Source: Longimicrobiales bacterium
Lineage (GTDB): Bacteria > Gemmatimonadota > Gemmatimonadetes > Longimicrobiales > Gaopeijiaceae
DNA length: 64,000 nt
Direction of reading: 5' to 3'
Assembly (NCBI GenBank): GCA_963664435.2
Contig: CAXXKM010000002.1
Coordinates: forward strand, 448,001-512,000
The notes under the pieces are model-generated. The model searched no databases, was not told the origin of the DNA, and saw nothing but the letters and a program-made list of their open reading frames with translations. The translations under genes were made by a program, and so were the position numbers. Shown here in pieces: positions 50,491 to 61,162 of the stretch. How positions within the stretch are numbered: position 1 is the first letter of the stretch; each line of letters begins with the position of its first letter.

Positions 50491-50657
50491 AAATTTGACG
50501 CGCGGTACTGGTAGGTATTCCGCCCCATTGCCGCTCTTTCCGGCATCGCAGCAGGAATCTTGCATTGCCTCACCCCCCCCTTGCTCCAATTGATGAAGAC
50601 GGCCATTGGCAATGTCACGTTTTTCGGCCCGCTCCTCTCGGCCATGCTCCACTTCCG

Positions 50658-52585
50658 GCTTCAATGAGGCCCAAGCTGATTCGCCCGGGAAATCCGTGCC
50701 GGGCGGCATCCACAGAGGCGTTTCGCACCAGCTTCAATGAGGCCCGGGCTGATTCGCCCGGGAAATAAGTCCGGGGTGCCCCGGGGCGGGCGGTACTCCT
50801 TGATGCTTCAATGAGGCCCGGGCTGATTCGCCCGGGAAATCGCCTGCGCTATCGTACACGCCGACTTCCTCGTTGTCGCTTCAATGAGGCCCGGGCTGAT
50901 TCGCCCGGGAAATGCAGACGGCTATGCCTACTGGTCGGAGACCTGGGAGCTTCAATGAGGCCCGGGCTGATTCGCCCGGGAAATAAGTCCGGGGTGCCCC
51001 GGGGCGGGCGGTACTCCTTGATGCTTCAATGAGGCCCGGGCTGATTCGCCCGGGAAATGATGTCGGACTCGACGGAGCGCGCCCTGCGCAGCCTGCTTCA
51101 ATGAGGCCCGGGCTGATTCGCCCGGGAAATGCTGCATCACGGCGAGATCCAGACGCTGCTCCAGCGCGCTTCAATGAGGCCCGGGCTGATTCGCCCGGGA
51201 AATGTTGACGCTGCCTGCCGACACGCCCGTGATCGTTATGCTTCAATGAGGCCCGGGCTGATTCGCCCGGGAAATCCTGGTAGCCGTGGTCCATCTTGAG
51301 GGCGATCGCCGCGCTTCAATGAGGCCCGGGCTGATTCGCCCGGGAAATGCAACCCGCGCGCCTACTTCTGGTTCCGGGGCCAGACGCTTCAATGAGGCCC
51401 GGGCTGATTCGCCCGGGAAATATGTCCTGGACCGGCTGGCCTCACAGTGCACCGTGGGGCTTCAATGAGGCCCGGGCTGATTCGCCCGGGAAATCCCTAC
51501 GTGGTGGCCGGTCAGGCAGAGGCCTTGGCGCTTCAATGAGGCCCGGGCTGATTCGCCCGGGAAATTTTCGCCGAATGGAACGGGCGGTCCTACATCCGCC
51601 AGCTTCAATGAGGCCCGGGCTGATTCGCCCGGGAAATTCCGCGCAGCTCGACATGGGCACCAACGGCATCGACGCGCTTCAATGAGGCCCGGGCTGATTC
51701 GCCCGGGAAATATGGCCTGGACCGGCTGGCCTCACAGTGCACCGTGGGGCTTCAATGAGGCCCGGGCTGATTCGCCCGGGAAATATGGCCGACCGCGTGC
51801 GCCCCGGTGTTGCCGTCGGAGCTTCAATGAGGCCCGGGCTGATTCGCCCGGGAAATTGCTGGCCCTGCCCACACTTCTCACCCCTATGCCCGTGCTTCAA
51901 TGAGGCCCGGGCTGATTCGCCCGGGAAATCGTGGATCTCGCGGTCCAGCCGGATGGACTCGGTCTCGCTTCAATGAGGCCCGGGCTGATTCGCCCGGGAA
52001 ATCGTGGATCTCGCGGTCCAGCCGGATGGACTCGGTCTCGCTTCAATGAGGCCCGGGCTGATTCGCCCGGGAAATTCGATCGGCAACGTGCACATCGCGC
52101 CGGACCTCACCGCTTCAATGAGGCCCGGGCTGATTCGCCCGGGAAATCAGTGACGCCGACTTCGTGGGCCAGTTGTTGGTCAAAGCTTCAATGAGGCCCG
52201 GGCTGATTCGCCCGGGAAATGTCCCTGCCTTGATGCAGGGCTCCACGAGCTTCGGCGGGCTTCAATGAGGCCCGGGCTGATTCGCCCGGGAAATCCGCAC
52301 ACTTGGGACACGGCGTTCGGCAGTTCGGCCTGCTTCAATGAGGCCCGGGCTGATTCGCCCGGGAAATCCGCGCGCCTCGTCCGTCGGACGAATTGAACGC
52401 CCTGCTTCAATGAGGCCCGGGCTGATTCGCCCGGGAAATCCTGACCGTCGGCGGCTGGCTGGATCTCCGCCACTCGCTTCAATGAGGCCCGGGCTGATTC
52501 GCCCGGGAAATCCGGCACCGGCGATGACCGAAACCAGGGAACTCGACCGGCTTCAATGAGGCCCGGGCTGATTCGCCCGGGAAAT
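50658..52585 (-). CRISPR. CRISPR array 2 (type I-G): 27 repeats ATTTCCCGGGCGAATCAGCCCGGGCCTCATTGAAGC and 26 spacers (35-38 bp)
   Basis: Counted by hand. The terminal repeat 50658-50693 has 2 substitutions (trailer end). The ATTGAAGC handle indicates minus-strand transcription. Confidence 0.97.
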
Positions 52586-52796
52586 ACACCCTGTCCTAAC
52601 TGCTTGCCCAATCCAGGCTTGCCGCGCGATTCGCGAGAGGTGCGGCGATTCAGACTCGCCGTACCCGATTCTGGGTTCTTTGACCTGGGTTGTCAAACAG
52701 CCAACTCCATGTGGGAGCGCCGGTAACGCGAAACGCGAGCGCTCCCGCAGATTCCGGAAGCACCGCAGCGCTCGCAGGGAGTCCGGCACCCAACCG
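52586..52796 (-). promoter_or_regulatory. Putative leader of array 2
   Basis: Lies between the cas2 stop and the first intact repeat; contains inverted GCGAGCGCT/AGCGCTCGC motifs. Confidence 0.6.
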
Positions 52797-53090
52797 TCAC
52801 ACGATTGTAGCCTGTCGTTTCGGTGCTTCATAGCCCTTCCCCAAGCTTTCGACCCGGACATCCACCTTGTCCGCAGGCCCGAGATCCACGATGAGTATAT
52901 GGTCCTCGGAGGGCTCGATCAATTCATCGAGACGCGCGGTCATCTCCGTCCGGCGCCGGGCCACGAGTCGGCATTGGAACACGGACAGCTGGAGCCAGTA
53001 GCCGAAGCCGTGCATCAGCCTGAACACCTTCCGCCACCGTTTGGGATCCGAGATGTCGTACGTCACGAGATACAGGCGTTCCTTGGCCAT
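52797..53090 (-). CDS. cas2: Cas2
   Basis: YLVTYDISDPKRW and LQLSVF motifs. Confidence 0.93.
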   Translation of the reverse strand: MAKERLYLVTYDISDPKRWRKVFRLMHGFGYWLQLSVFQCRLVARRRTEMTARLDELIEPSEDHILIVDLGPADKVDVRVESLGKGYEAPKRQATIV

Positions 53091-53097
53091 TCTCAGT

Positions 53098-54810
53098 CTA
53101 CCTCGGCAGGTAGTGCGGATACTCGACGATCTCACCCTGGAAATGGCGGGCAAGCAGCCTCGCCTGCACTTCAATGAGCCGGCGCATCGAGACCCGGTAG
53201 CCGAAGAGGGGATGGGTCGTCTCCTGTTCCAGCCGTCGCTCGAACGCCGCGATCAACGCCTTCCTCCCGGGCGGCTTCAGGGAGCATGACGGTCCGTTGA
53301 AAACGAAATGACCGGGCCGGACCTCGCCATTGTTCACCACCTGAATCACGCAGGAGTCGGCAACGATGGAGCGAAACGGCTCCATCAGATCGAGTGCCAG
53401 TGCGGGGCGGTTGTGTCTGGGTCGGTGATAGAGGCCGAGATAGGGATCGAGACCCGTCGAGGAGATCGTGTTGCTGAATGCCCGGACCAGCAGAGCGTAG
53501 GCCAGCGACAGCATGGCGTTCACCGGGTCCGTCGGCGGGCGGCGGTTGCGCGTGGTGAACGAGAACTCCACCAGGCCGTCCGTCCGGCTGGTGGCGAGCA
53601 TGTTTTGGAACCTGCCGAAATAGATCGCCGCCGCCTCGCCTTCGAGACCGAGGAGTTGCTGAGGGTCCCTGGCGTGGAGCACTCGCCGGGCGAGTCGCTT
53701 GAGTCCCGCCAGAGCGTCCGTCTTGCCCTCGAGGCCTCGCTCCGCGCGCCAGTTGCGGCGAAGCATCGTTCGCGAATTCCTGATCTTCGCCGCCACCAGG
53801 CTCCTGGCGAAAACCAGGCTGCGCCGTTCGCTGAAGGCTGCGCGGTACTGGGCCTCGCGAACGGCCACGTTGCCACTTCCGGTTCCGACGGTGTGACCGA
53901 GGAACCAGCCTCCCGTCGAAAACCAGGACACCGGAATCTCGGCTCTCATCAACGCATGCAGAGCGGGCGTCGTGACCGACACGGGGCCGAAGAGGGCAAC
54001 CTGCGAGACCGAGATCATCGGCACCTTCACCGCGTCCTTCTTCGTCTCGACCACGAGCGTGTCGCCCTTCTTGCGGAGGCGCGCGCCCGGCGTCTGGACA
54101 TAGAGGGGCAGGGCGGGGTCGTCCGACGGGTTCAGCGGCCGGGGCGGATAGCCCTTCCTGAAGAGGTTGGTCTCATCGGGGAGACAGATCCCCGCCAGGG
54201 AACACCGCGGACACTTGGGACTGTTCTCCAGCGGCGACGGGCGCTGGCGGGTCTCGGCGGCCGCCCGCAGGCCGCGGATCGCATCCAGTGTCAGAGCCCG
54301 AAGGTCGTCGTCCAGAACCACGCGCACCTTCTCCCTTGACCCTACGTACCACAGCGCGCCCTGCTCGACCCGGTAGCCGTTGTCCTCGAGGATCATCGCC
54401 TGGGCGCACACCTGCACCCGTTCCGGCTCATAGGCTCCGGCCGCCACGTGAGGGCGCTTCCCCTTTTTGAAGTCCACCGGCATGACGATGCCGTCGGCGA
54501 CCTCCACCACATCGATCTTGGCGATGACGCCGAGCCGCTCGGACGACAGGGTCACCGAGCGTGCCTGGGCCATCTCTTCGTCCAGTTCGTCGGGATCGGG
54601 CAGGCGGCCGCGTCCCTTGTCGACGCGGGCGTGGACGCGTTTCCCCTCGGCGGTGTCGGCGCTCTCGGCCCACTCGCCCTCGACCCATTCCAGGTAGGCC
54701 AGCCGCGGACAGTAGACCCACTCGTTGACCATCCGGGCCGGGACCAGGGGGGTCGCGGAGTCGGCCGGTGGCGGTGGAATCGGGAGGATGAGTTGTTGTC
54801 GCTCGCTCAT
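53098..54810 (-). CDS. cas1: Cas4-Cas1 fusion
   Basis: YCPRL, PVDFKKG, CPRCSL..C, LGLEG, DPVNAMLS and LDLMEPFR motifs. Confidence 0.95.
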   Translation of the reverse strand: MSERQQLILPIPPPPADSATPLVPARMVNEWVYCPRLAYLEWVEGEWAESADTAEGKRVHARVDKGRGRLPDPDELDEEMAQARSVTLSSERLGVIAKIDVVEVADGIVMPVDFKKGKRPHVAAGAYEPERVQVCAQAMILEDNGYRVEQGALWYVGSREKVRVVLDDDLRALTLDAIRGLRAAAETRQRPSPLENSPKCPRCSLAGICLPDETNLFRKGYPPRPLNPSDDPALPLYVQTPGARLRKKGDTLVVETKKDAVKVPMISVSQVALFGPVSVTTPALHALMRAEIPVSWFSTGGWFLGHTVGTGSGNVAVREAQYRAAFSERRSLVFARSLVAAKIRNSRTMLRRNWRAERGLEGKTDALAGLKRLARRVLHARDPQQLLGLEGEAAAIYFGRFQNMLATSRTDGLVEFSFTTRNRRPPTDPVNAMLSLAYALLVRAFSNTISSTGLDPYLGLYHRPRHNRPALALDLMEPFRSIVADSCVIQVVNNGEVRPGHFVFNGPSCSLKPPGRKALIAAFERRLEQETTHPLFGYRVSMRRLIEVQARLLARHFQGEIVEYPHYLPR

Positions 54811-54824
54811 GAGATCGGTTCCGG

Positions 54825-56285
54825 TTGGAGTGCGAGTCAGGTCGGGCGCAGGATGCGTTCTTTCTTTCCCGCCCTCGACGCTTTGGCAAGAGCCTCTTCC
54901 TGGACACGATCGGCGAACTGTTCAAGGGCAGCGAAGCGCTGTTCCAGGGGTTGGACATTCACGACAAGTGGGACTGGTCCGTCCAGACTCCCGTTATACG
55001 CCTCAGTTTCGGCGGAGGCAACTTCACGGAACCGGGTGCGTTGCACGCGAACCTCATGGCCCAGCTCGACTCGGTTGAACGCCAGTCGGGCGTGGCCTCG
55101 GGCTACGATACCGGTCCCGAGCGCTTTGCGGCCCTGGTTGAAGGGCTGCGCCGGAAGACCGGGCAACCGGTGGCTGTGCTGGTCGACGAATACGACAAGC
55201 CGATCCTCGATGCCCTGGACGCCCCTGACATCGCGCGGGCGAACCGCGACTTCCTGCGCGGCGTCTACGGGGTCGTCAAGGACGCCGACGCCCACATCCG
55301 GTTCAGCTTCCTTACGGGAGTGAGCAAGTTCTCAAAAGTCAGCCTGTTCTCGGGCCTCAACAACCTGATCGATATCACCCTGGAGCCCGCGTTCTCGGCC
55401 GTATGCGGATACACGGACCGCGATCTGGACACAGTGTTCGGGGCCGAGCTGCCGGACCTGGACCGCGCCGCGATCCGCGACTGGTACAACGGCTACCGCT
55501 GGCTCGGCGAGGAAGTCTACAACCCCTTCGACATCCTGCTGCTCTTCCGCCGGCGCAAGTTCGGCGCCTACTGGTTCGAGACCGGTACCCCCACCTTTCT
55601 GCTCGACACGCTGTTCAGGCGCCGGGTGAGTTCAGTCCGGCTGGACGGAATGGTTGGGAGCAGCAAGCTGCTGTCCGCCTTCGACGTGGACGACATGGCG
55701 ACCGAGGCGCTGCTTTTCCAGACGGGCTACCTGACGATCACGGGGGAGTCGGATCTTGCCGGCAACCCTTATTATCGCCTGGGCTACCCCAATCGCGAAG
55801 TGCGACAGAGCTTGAACGAGAGCCTTCTGGGCTACCTGGTCAACGACGCAACACGCCAGATGGCGAACAGCCTGGAGCTGCGCGATCTCCTGGGGAAGAA
55901 CGACTTCGGGGGAATGAAGAAGCTGTTCCAGGCGTTCTTTTCGAGCATTCCCTACGAGTGGTACACGAACAACGACATCGCCGACTACGAGGGGTATTAC
56001 GCGAGCGTGTTCTACTCCTACTTTGCGGCGCTTGGTCTGGACATCACGGTGGAGGACAGCAGCAGCCACGGTCGGCTGGACATGGCGGTCCGGTTCGGCG
56101 GCAACGTCTACCTCTTCGAGTTCAAGGTCGTGGAGATGGAGCCAGAGGGGGCCGCGATGGAGCAGTTGCGCAAGAAGGGGTACGCGGCAAAGTACCGGGG
56201 CGGAGGAGGGGAGGTGTATCTGGTGGGGGTGGAGTTCAGCCGGAAGACACGGAACGTGGTGGGGTTTGAGGTGGGAAGGGGGTGA
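54825..56285 (+). CDS. AAA-ATPase-like plus PD-(D/E)xK_9 nuclease protein, apparently N-terminally truncated
   Basis: FLSRPRRFGKS, LVDEYDKP, TGVSKF, WYNGY, PNREV, GRLD and FEFK motifs. The usual N-terminal LPIGIQ/YVDKT segment is absent. Confidence 0.8.
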   Translation: MECESGRAQDAFFLSRPRRFGKSLFLDTIGELFKGSEALFQGLDIHDKWDWSVQTPVIRLSFGGGNFTEPGALHANLMAQLDSVERQSGVASGYDTGPERFAALVEGLRRKTGQPVAVLVDEYDKPILDALDAPDIARANRDFLRGVYGVVKDADAHIRFSFLTGVSKFSKVSLFSGLNNLIDITLEPAFSAVCGYTDRDLDTVFGAELPDLDRAAIRDWYNGYRWLGEEVYNPFDILLLFRRRKFGAYWFETGTPTFLLDTLFRRRVSSVRLDGMVGSSKLLSAFDVDDMATEALLFQTGYLTITGESDLAGNPYYRLGYPNREVRQSLNESLLGYLVNDATRQMANSLELRDLLGKNDFGGMKKLFQAFFSSIPYEWYTNNDIADYEGYYASVFYSYFAALGLDITVEDSSSHGRLDMAVRFGGNVYLFEFKVVEMEPEGAAMEQLRKKGYAAKYRGGGGEVYLVGVEFSRKTRNVVGFEVGRG

Positions 56286-56289
56286 TCAA

Positions 56290-56539
56290 AGCGTGAGCCA
56301 GCCGGTGACACCGGTGAGAGTCGCGAGAGATGCCGCGCCGTGTCGGCGCCGAACCGTTGCGTCACAACGCACGATCGTCCGTGCTTGGCCTTCCCGGCGT
56401 CCCTCTCGCCGGACACTTGCCCGGTCCGCGTCGCGGGCCTCGGTGAAGACTTCGAGCAGGGTGGCCATTGGACTGGTCTCCTTCAGCAGGGAGCGGTCGT
56501 ACAGGGAAACCAACAAGGATCTCAGCTGCAGGGGCGGTG
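56290..56539 (-). pseudogene. C-terminal fragment of an Rpn/YhgA-like protein
   Basis: AAGGAG before MATLLE, RREGRREG, then QRFGADTA in a shifted frame. Confidence 0.45.
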
Positions 56540-57397
56540 TCAGGGAGATCGCCCACTTCCCCCGATCGACCCGAACATTCCCAGCCCGAAATGGCTCCCG
56601 TACCCGAGCGCCAGCGGCCCACACACCTCCTCCGGGAACTCGATCGTCAGCAGCGCCCCCGTCGAATCGTGACGCCGCTCGCGCCCCCGCGTCCGAGACC
56701 GGCGAAAGTTGAGCGCCCTGCGGGACGTGCCGCCGACCTCGATCTCGTCGATCTCGCGAGTGGTCACCCCATCAGTGGTGAAGCCCCGCCGCCTCAGCAG
56801 CCGCAGCACTTCTCCCGCGTAACCCGCCTTCTTCAGACGTCCTGGCGCCAGGAACGGCGTCAGGCTCCGCCAGCGCCGCGCCGAAGCCAGAATCCGCGAG
56901 CTTCCTTCGAAGTACTGTGGACACCCGAATCCCTCCAACGCCAGCCTCCACTCGTCCGGGCCGGCGTCTTCGCCGGGCCGAGGGCGCGACTCCCGCGAAC
57001 CCAGCCAAAGCTGGGTGATCCGGTCGAGGCGCGACTGGATGCTTCGGTCCATGCCACTCTTGATGAAGACGACGATGTGGTCAATCCAGCCGTCGTCGTC
57101 CGCGTCCTCCGGCAGCCAGAACGCATGGGGATGCGTGGGGTCGCGCAGGGGCCGGCTCCCCTCGTCGCGGCCCGAGACCTGCCAGGGTGCGCGCGGCAGC
57201 CGCCTGCCCGTGGCTTCGTCAGCATCGAATCCGAACTTCGACAATGCGGCGGCCCGCATGACCTCGCCGATCCTGACGGCATCCTCGATGCGGGGGCGGG
57301 GGCGGCCCGCAACGAGATAGCGGGCGACGGTCGGCAGGCCGTTGGTCCGAGCTCCTTTGACGATGCCGTGTGCATCGCGACCGCGCTGCCTTGTCAT
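56540..57397 (-). CDS. Stand-alone C-terminal (Cas6-like) half of a second Csb2
   Basis: PTVARY, GE.MRAAA, H.HAFWLPED.D.DG.IDH, W.SLTPF and GPLALGYGSHFGLG.F motifs. ATG lies 10 nt after the csb3 stop; no Cas5-like N-terminal half. Confidence 0.75.
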   Translation of the reverse strand: MTRQRGRDAHGIVKGARTNGLPTVARYLVAGRPRPRIEDAVRIGEVMRAAALSKFGFDADEATGRRLPRAPWQVSGRDEGSRPLRDPTHPHAFWLPEDADDDGWIDHIVVFIKSGMDRSIQSRLDRITQLWLGSRESRPRPGEDAGPDEWRLALEGFGCPQYFEGSSRILASARRWRSLTPFLAPGRLKKAGYAGEVLRLLRRRGFTTDGVTTREIDEIEVGGTSRRALNFRRSRTRGRERRHDSTGALLTIEFPEEVCGPLALGYGSHFGLGMFGSIGGSGRSP

Positions 57398-57407
57398 TTG
57401 GCGGTTA

Positions 57408-58370
57408 TCACTCCAGCGCTGATCCGTCGGCGGGCTGCCGATCCCTCCACACCACTTCGGGCGGTCCGAAAGTACCATAGCCGCCTTGGGACGAGCGACG
57501 GATCGGCGACTTGAGCACTGTGGCAACGCCCCATGACCGGAACCATGACCGACGACTCTCCCGATCCGCGTCGTCGCTGTGATCGTAGCCATGGGCCAAA
57601 AGCGAGCGGACAACGTGTCGCGATGCTGGCCTGCGCCACAGCGGCCAAGAATACCAGCCATTTTTCCAGCTACCGGAACAACCCTGCGTGAGAGTCCGTT
57701 CGCGACCCGCGAATACCGGGTGTCGGCTTAGGCCCAGAATGGCAAGCGCCTCGGGCCCCGGGTTCGAGAGCTTCTTTTCTCCAGAACCCGTCGGATCGTA
57801 GCCGCGCAACGCGTACACGCGATCATCCGCGACATCCCACATCAGCGAGGGGAGATCGCTCCCATAGGGCCACGGACCGCGCAGCCCGATGGCAAGATCG
57901 TCACGTGTCACGCCACGCAGGATCCTGCGAGCCATCTCCAAGAGCTTCTGCTGGCCTGCGGCAAAATAGAGGTCGGATGGTTTGGCCGCGCCCTGCTTGT
58001 CGAGACTGCCTTCGGCCACCAGTGCCGCGGGAAGTGTCGCCCCTGGCCCGCCACCTTGCCCCAGTTGCAAGTACACCCTGACGTCTCCTCGGGCAAGCTT
58101 CAGTTGGTCACCCTTCTTCAGCGCCGTGCCATCACGATTGACCGGGGCCAGTGCCAAGCTCTTGGACCAGACGCTGCAAACGTGCAGTGCCCGATCCGCC
58201 AAGTCGTCAACGGAAAGGTTCTCGTCCACCAAGGCGCGCGGGGTGATGTCGCCGCTCCACCAGAGTCGCAGTTGCCGGGTTTCCGACTCGAACGCCACCT
58301 GCAACCCAAGAGCGGCAAGGAACCCAAGAGGGTTCGTGCCTTCGAGTCCCGGCAGGCGAGTTCCGGTCAT
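57408..58370 (-). CDS. csb3: Type I-G Cas8g/Csb3
   Basis: LPGLEGTNPLGFLAALG, AGQQ and WPLW motifs; follows cas3. Confidence 0.8.
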   Translation of the reverse strand: MTGTRLPGLEGTNPLGFLAALGLQVAFESETRQLRLWWSGDITPRALVDENLSVDDLADRALHVCSVWSKSLALAPVNRDGTALKKGDQLKLARGDVRVYLQLGQGGGPGATLPAALVAEGSLDKQGAAKPSDLYFAAGQQKLLEMARRILRGVTRDDLAIGLRGPWPYGSDLPSLMWDVADDRVYALRGYDPTGSGEKKLSNPGPEALAILGLSRHPVFAGRERTLTQGCSGSWKNGWYSWPLWRRPASRHVVRSLLAHGYDHSDDADRESRRSWFRSWGVATVLKSPIRRSSQGGYGTFGPPEVVWRDRQPADGSALE

Positions 58371-61162
58371 TGTCCCCCAGCCTCCTCTGCGCTCTCCCGG
58401 ATGTCGGCCAGCCGCAGAATCGCTTCCAGCCACGTCAAGCCGTAATGGCCGTATCGCTCCACAAGGCGCCAGAACCGATCCGCCATATCAAGTGCCAGCG
58501 TTCCGGTGGCAAGGTCCGTGTTCGCCTCCAGATGAGTCGATCCATTGCGGATATAGGTAAGCGGTTGAGGATTCGGGTCCTCGATGGCAGGCGGCAGTGG
58601 ACGCGCCCAGCCGTGATGGGTCCCAATCAGGTGCAGCACGAGGTCGGGGTCGCTTGCCGTCTTCAGCACTGTCCGATCCGATTCGAGCAAAGCCACGCTG
58701 GCCAGCTCATGACGCATGCCAGCCGGGTAGCGTTGCACCCGGCGAGTGCCCGGAAGCGACTTCGCGAGAGGCTCATCCAGCATGGCCAGGGCCACCTCGT
58801 CCCCACCGACCAGCTGGCTCTGAAAGCGCCGGTCGACCTTGCCGATGTCATGGTACGCCGCCGCAAGGCACAGGTCGTCCACAAGTTGCGATGGCAACCC
58901 GAGGCTCCGGCCAATGCCCGCGACCCGAGCGGCTACACCCTCGAGATGTTTACGAAGCGTCACTGCGGTGCCCGTTCTTGAACCAGCGCCGTCGGAGCCG
59001 TCCAGCACGTCCGGATCGACGATCGGTCTGCGGGTCGTGCGATTGCGCTCGACGAGAACGTAGTACTCTCGGCCATCCGGGTCTTCGCTCCCGACCAGAA
59101 CACAGTCGAAGCCCCTGCTTAGGCGCTCCATGATGTCCCGCCAATCGACACTGACGTCGGCTTGGGTCTCTCGGAATAGCCACTCTCGAATGCGGTCACG
59201 GGGGTCAAGGGTCGGGCCGTCTGGGTCGAGAGCGTCACCCGGAGCCGGAGGAACAGTGGAGTATGGCTTTGGCGACACAAGCTCGTCGAGCCGCAGGGTA
59301 ACCCTGCGTCCGTGAGCGGCCTGAGCCGCATCCCCCAAGTCCGTCACTTCGTCCTCTGCCGAGGGATCCCACGTGTGCTCGTGCAGCCCGCCTCTGCTCG
59401 GATCGACGACCAGCGTGTCGCCGGGGCGAATGTCTCCAGTCGACCTGACGGGCTCCGGTTCTTGACCAACCCCCCTCCACCGAACACACCCCCTGATCCC
59501 CTGACTTTCGTCGTCACTTGGGTCGAAGCCCTGCACATCGGCAAAGTCGACCTCTGATCTGCCCGAGAGCCACGATCTGGCCGCGTCTATTGGAACCGAC
59601 AAGCACTCGGCCTGTCGCGGAGGCACCAACCTCAGTGCTTGGGGCCTGCGGTCGCGGCGCCACACGATCGAGACATCCGGAATCCCCGACCGGTCAATCC
59701 CGTGCAGGAACCAGTCGATGGGCGGTTGAATGATCGGCTGGGGGTTTGTCTGCACCCATGCGTCGATATGTGTGTCGAGGAGTAGCGGTGCAGAACACCT
59801 GGGAGCCAGCGCGGCCTCCGGGAAGCCCGTGAGGGACTGCGGACCAACGTCAACGATTCCGCTATTGGCGCACCCTTGGAGATGCCTCCAGGTGGCCTTG
59901 ACCGCGTCAACGTAGACCGGGTCCGGCCGCTTCGCTCTCAATTCGGGTCGGATGCCCAAGATCCATGCACGTGCGGGAGATCCCGTGTCGCCGAAGTACG
60001 TGCCCCGCCGGTCAAGGCGACCGAATCGTTGCCGCAGGGAGTCCACCGGAGCACACTCCGTGACGAGGGCGTCAAAGCTGAAGTCCGCGCCCACCTCGAT
60101 TGCTTGCGTGGCGACGACGATGGCCATTTCGTCGGTCTCGCTCGCGACCTTCCGCCCTGGATCGACGGCGTGCTGGATTCCCTTCAGCACGGCCACCCGA
60201 TCCAGAGGCCGCATGCGGCCCGTTAGCAGATGTACATCGAATCCTGCTCCCGAAAACGCGCGATGGACTTCGCGCGCGGTCCGAATGCGATTGACGACGA
60301 CACCAAGGCTGCCCACCGAGGCGGGCTTGCCTGACTTCTTGATGGCCTTGACAATCCTAAGGATTGCGGAGGGCACGGACTTTCGATTCGAAACGTAAAC
60401 CAGCTCAGCCTCTTTCTTGGCTCGCACCCGCCGCCGAAGCTCGTCGCACTCCTCCAAGTCCGCTAGCGGATCGAGCCGAAACGTGTCGTTGCGAGCGGCT
60501 GAACCGGGCGTGGCCGACATCTCTACGATCCCGTAGCGTCTGGGGAGGGGGCCAGCTGGAAGGGAAGCCACTTGTTCCAGCGTCTCGGCGAACGGGGCGC
60601 TCAAGTGCACTTCGTCGAGGATAACGAGGCAGTCATTGCCCGCCAATCCCGCATGAATCGGGTGCATGCGGCGACTCACTCCGTACCCGCGAAAGAGCAG
60701 CCGGGAACCGAACTGGTCCACGGTGGACACGAGCACCCACGGCTGCTCAGGGCGGTGGGTCCACTCCCGGTCGATGGGAATGCCGCCGCGTAGCGCGACT
60801 ACGCCAAGGGGATGGCCGTCAGCCAGTTCATTAAGACGCTCGCGCACTTGTCGAAGGACGGGGGTGCCACCGTTACCGATCGCGTCGCGAATCTTCCGCG
60901 CACGCTCGTACACCTGATCCACTACGATCCGGCGATCGATCACGAAGACGATTCGACGGGGCGCGACCGTCGGATCGCACGCGAGCGCAAACACCGCCGT
61001 GTCCAGCACCGCCGTCTTTCCCGTACCCGTCGGAAGATCTATGGTTGCGGGCCATCCCACGCTCAATACCTGATCGGTAAGCCGCCGCTGCCACGGGAAG
61101 GGACAGTACCCATGTACGTCGCGGAAGTACGCGGGGAAGTCGCCTGCGGCCACTCTACCCAT
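58367..61162 (-). CDS. cas3: Type I-G Cas3 (helicase with C-terminal HD domain)
   Basis: PFPWQ, PTGTGKT, STVDQ.GSRLLFRGYG, DEVH, QRFGRLDR; C-terminal HDIGK, RHE and HHG. Confidence 0.95.
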   Translation of the reverse strand: MGRVAAGDFPAYFRDVHGYCPFPWQRRLTDQVLSVGWPATIDLPTGTGKTAVLDTAVFALACDPTVAPRRIVFVIDRRIVVDQVYERARKIRDAIGNGGTPVLRQVRERLNELADGHPLGVVALRGGIPIDREWTHRPEQPWVLVSTVDQFGSRLLFRGYGVSRRMHPIHAGLAGNDCLVILDEVHLSAPFAETLEQVASLPAGPLPRRYGIVEMSATPGSAARNDTFRLDPLADLEECDELRRRVRAKKEAELVYVSNRKSVPSAILRIVKAIKKSGKPASVGSLGVVVNRIRTAREVHRAFSGAGFDVHLLTGRMRPLDRVAVLKGIQHAVDPGRKVASETDEMAIVVATQAIEVGADFSFDALVTECAPVDSLRQRFGRLDRRGTYFGDTGSPARAWILGIRPELRAKRPDPVYVDAVKATWRHLQGCANSGIVDVGPQSLTGFPEAALAPRCSAPLLLDTHIDAWVQTNPQPIIQPPIDWFLHGIDRSGIPDVSIVWRRDRRPQALRLVPPRQAECLSVPIDAARSWLSGRSEVDFADVQGFDPSDDESQGIRGCVRWRGVGQEPEPVRSTGDIRPGDTLVVDPSRGGLHEHTWDPSAEDEVTDLGDAAQAAHGRRVTLRLDELVSPKPYSTVPPAPGDALDPDGPTLDPRDRIREWLFRETQADVSVDWRDIMERLSRGFDCVLVGSEDPDGREYYVLVERNRTTRRPIVDPDVLDGSDGAGSRTGTAVTLRKHLEGVAARVAGIGRSLGLPSQLVDDLCLAAAYHDIGKVDRRFQSQLVGGDEVALAMLDEPLAKSLPGTRRVQRYPAGMRHELASVALLESDRTVLKTASDPDLVLHLIGTHHGWARPLPPAIEDPNPQPLTYIRNGSTHLEANTDLATGTLALDMADRFWRLVERYGHYGLTWLEAILRLADIRESAEEAGGQ

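Noticed and set aside
50538..50547. TTCCGGCATC, matching part of the array 1 repeat (reverse strand), near the end of array 2
   Set aside because: Only 10 nt match and the flanks do not align.
50881..52611. ORFs predicted across array 2 (and similarly across array 1)
   Set aside because: Artefacts of repeat periodicity.
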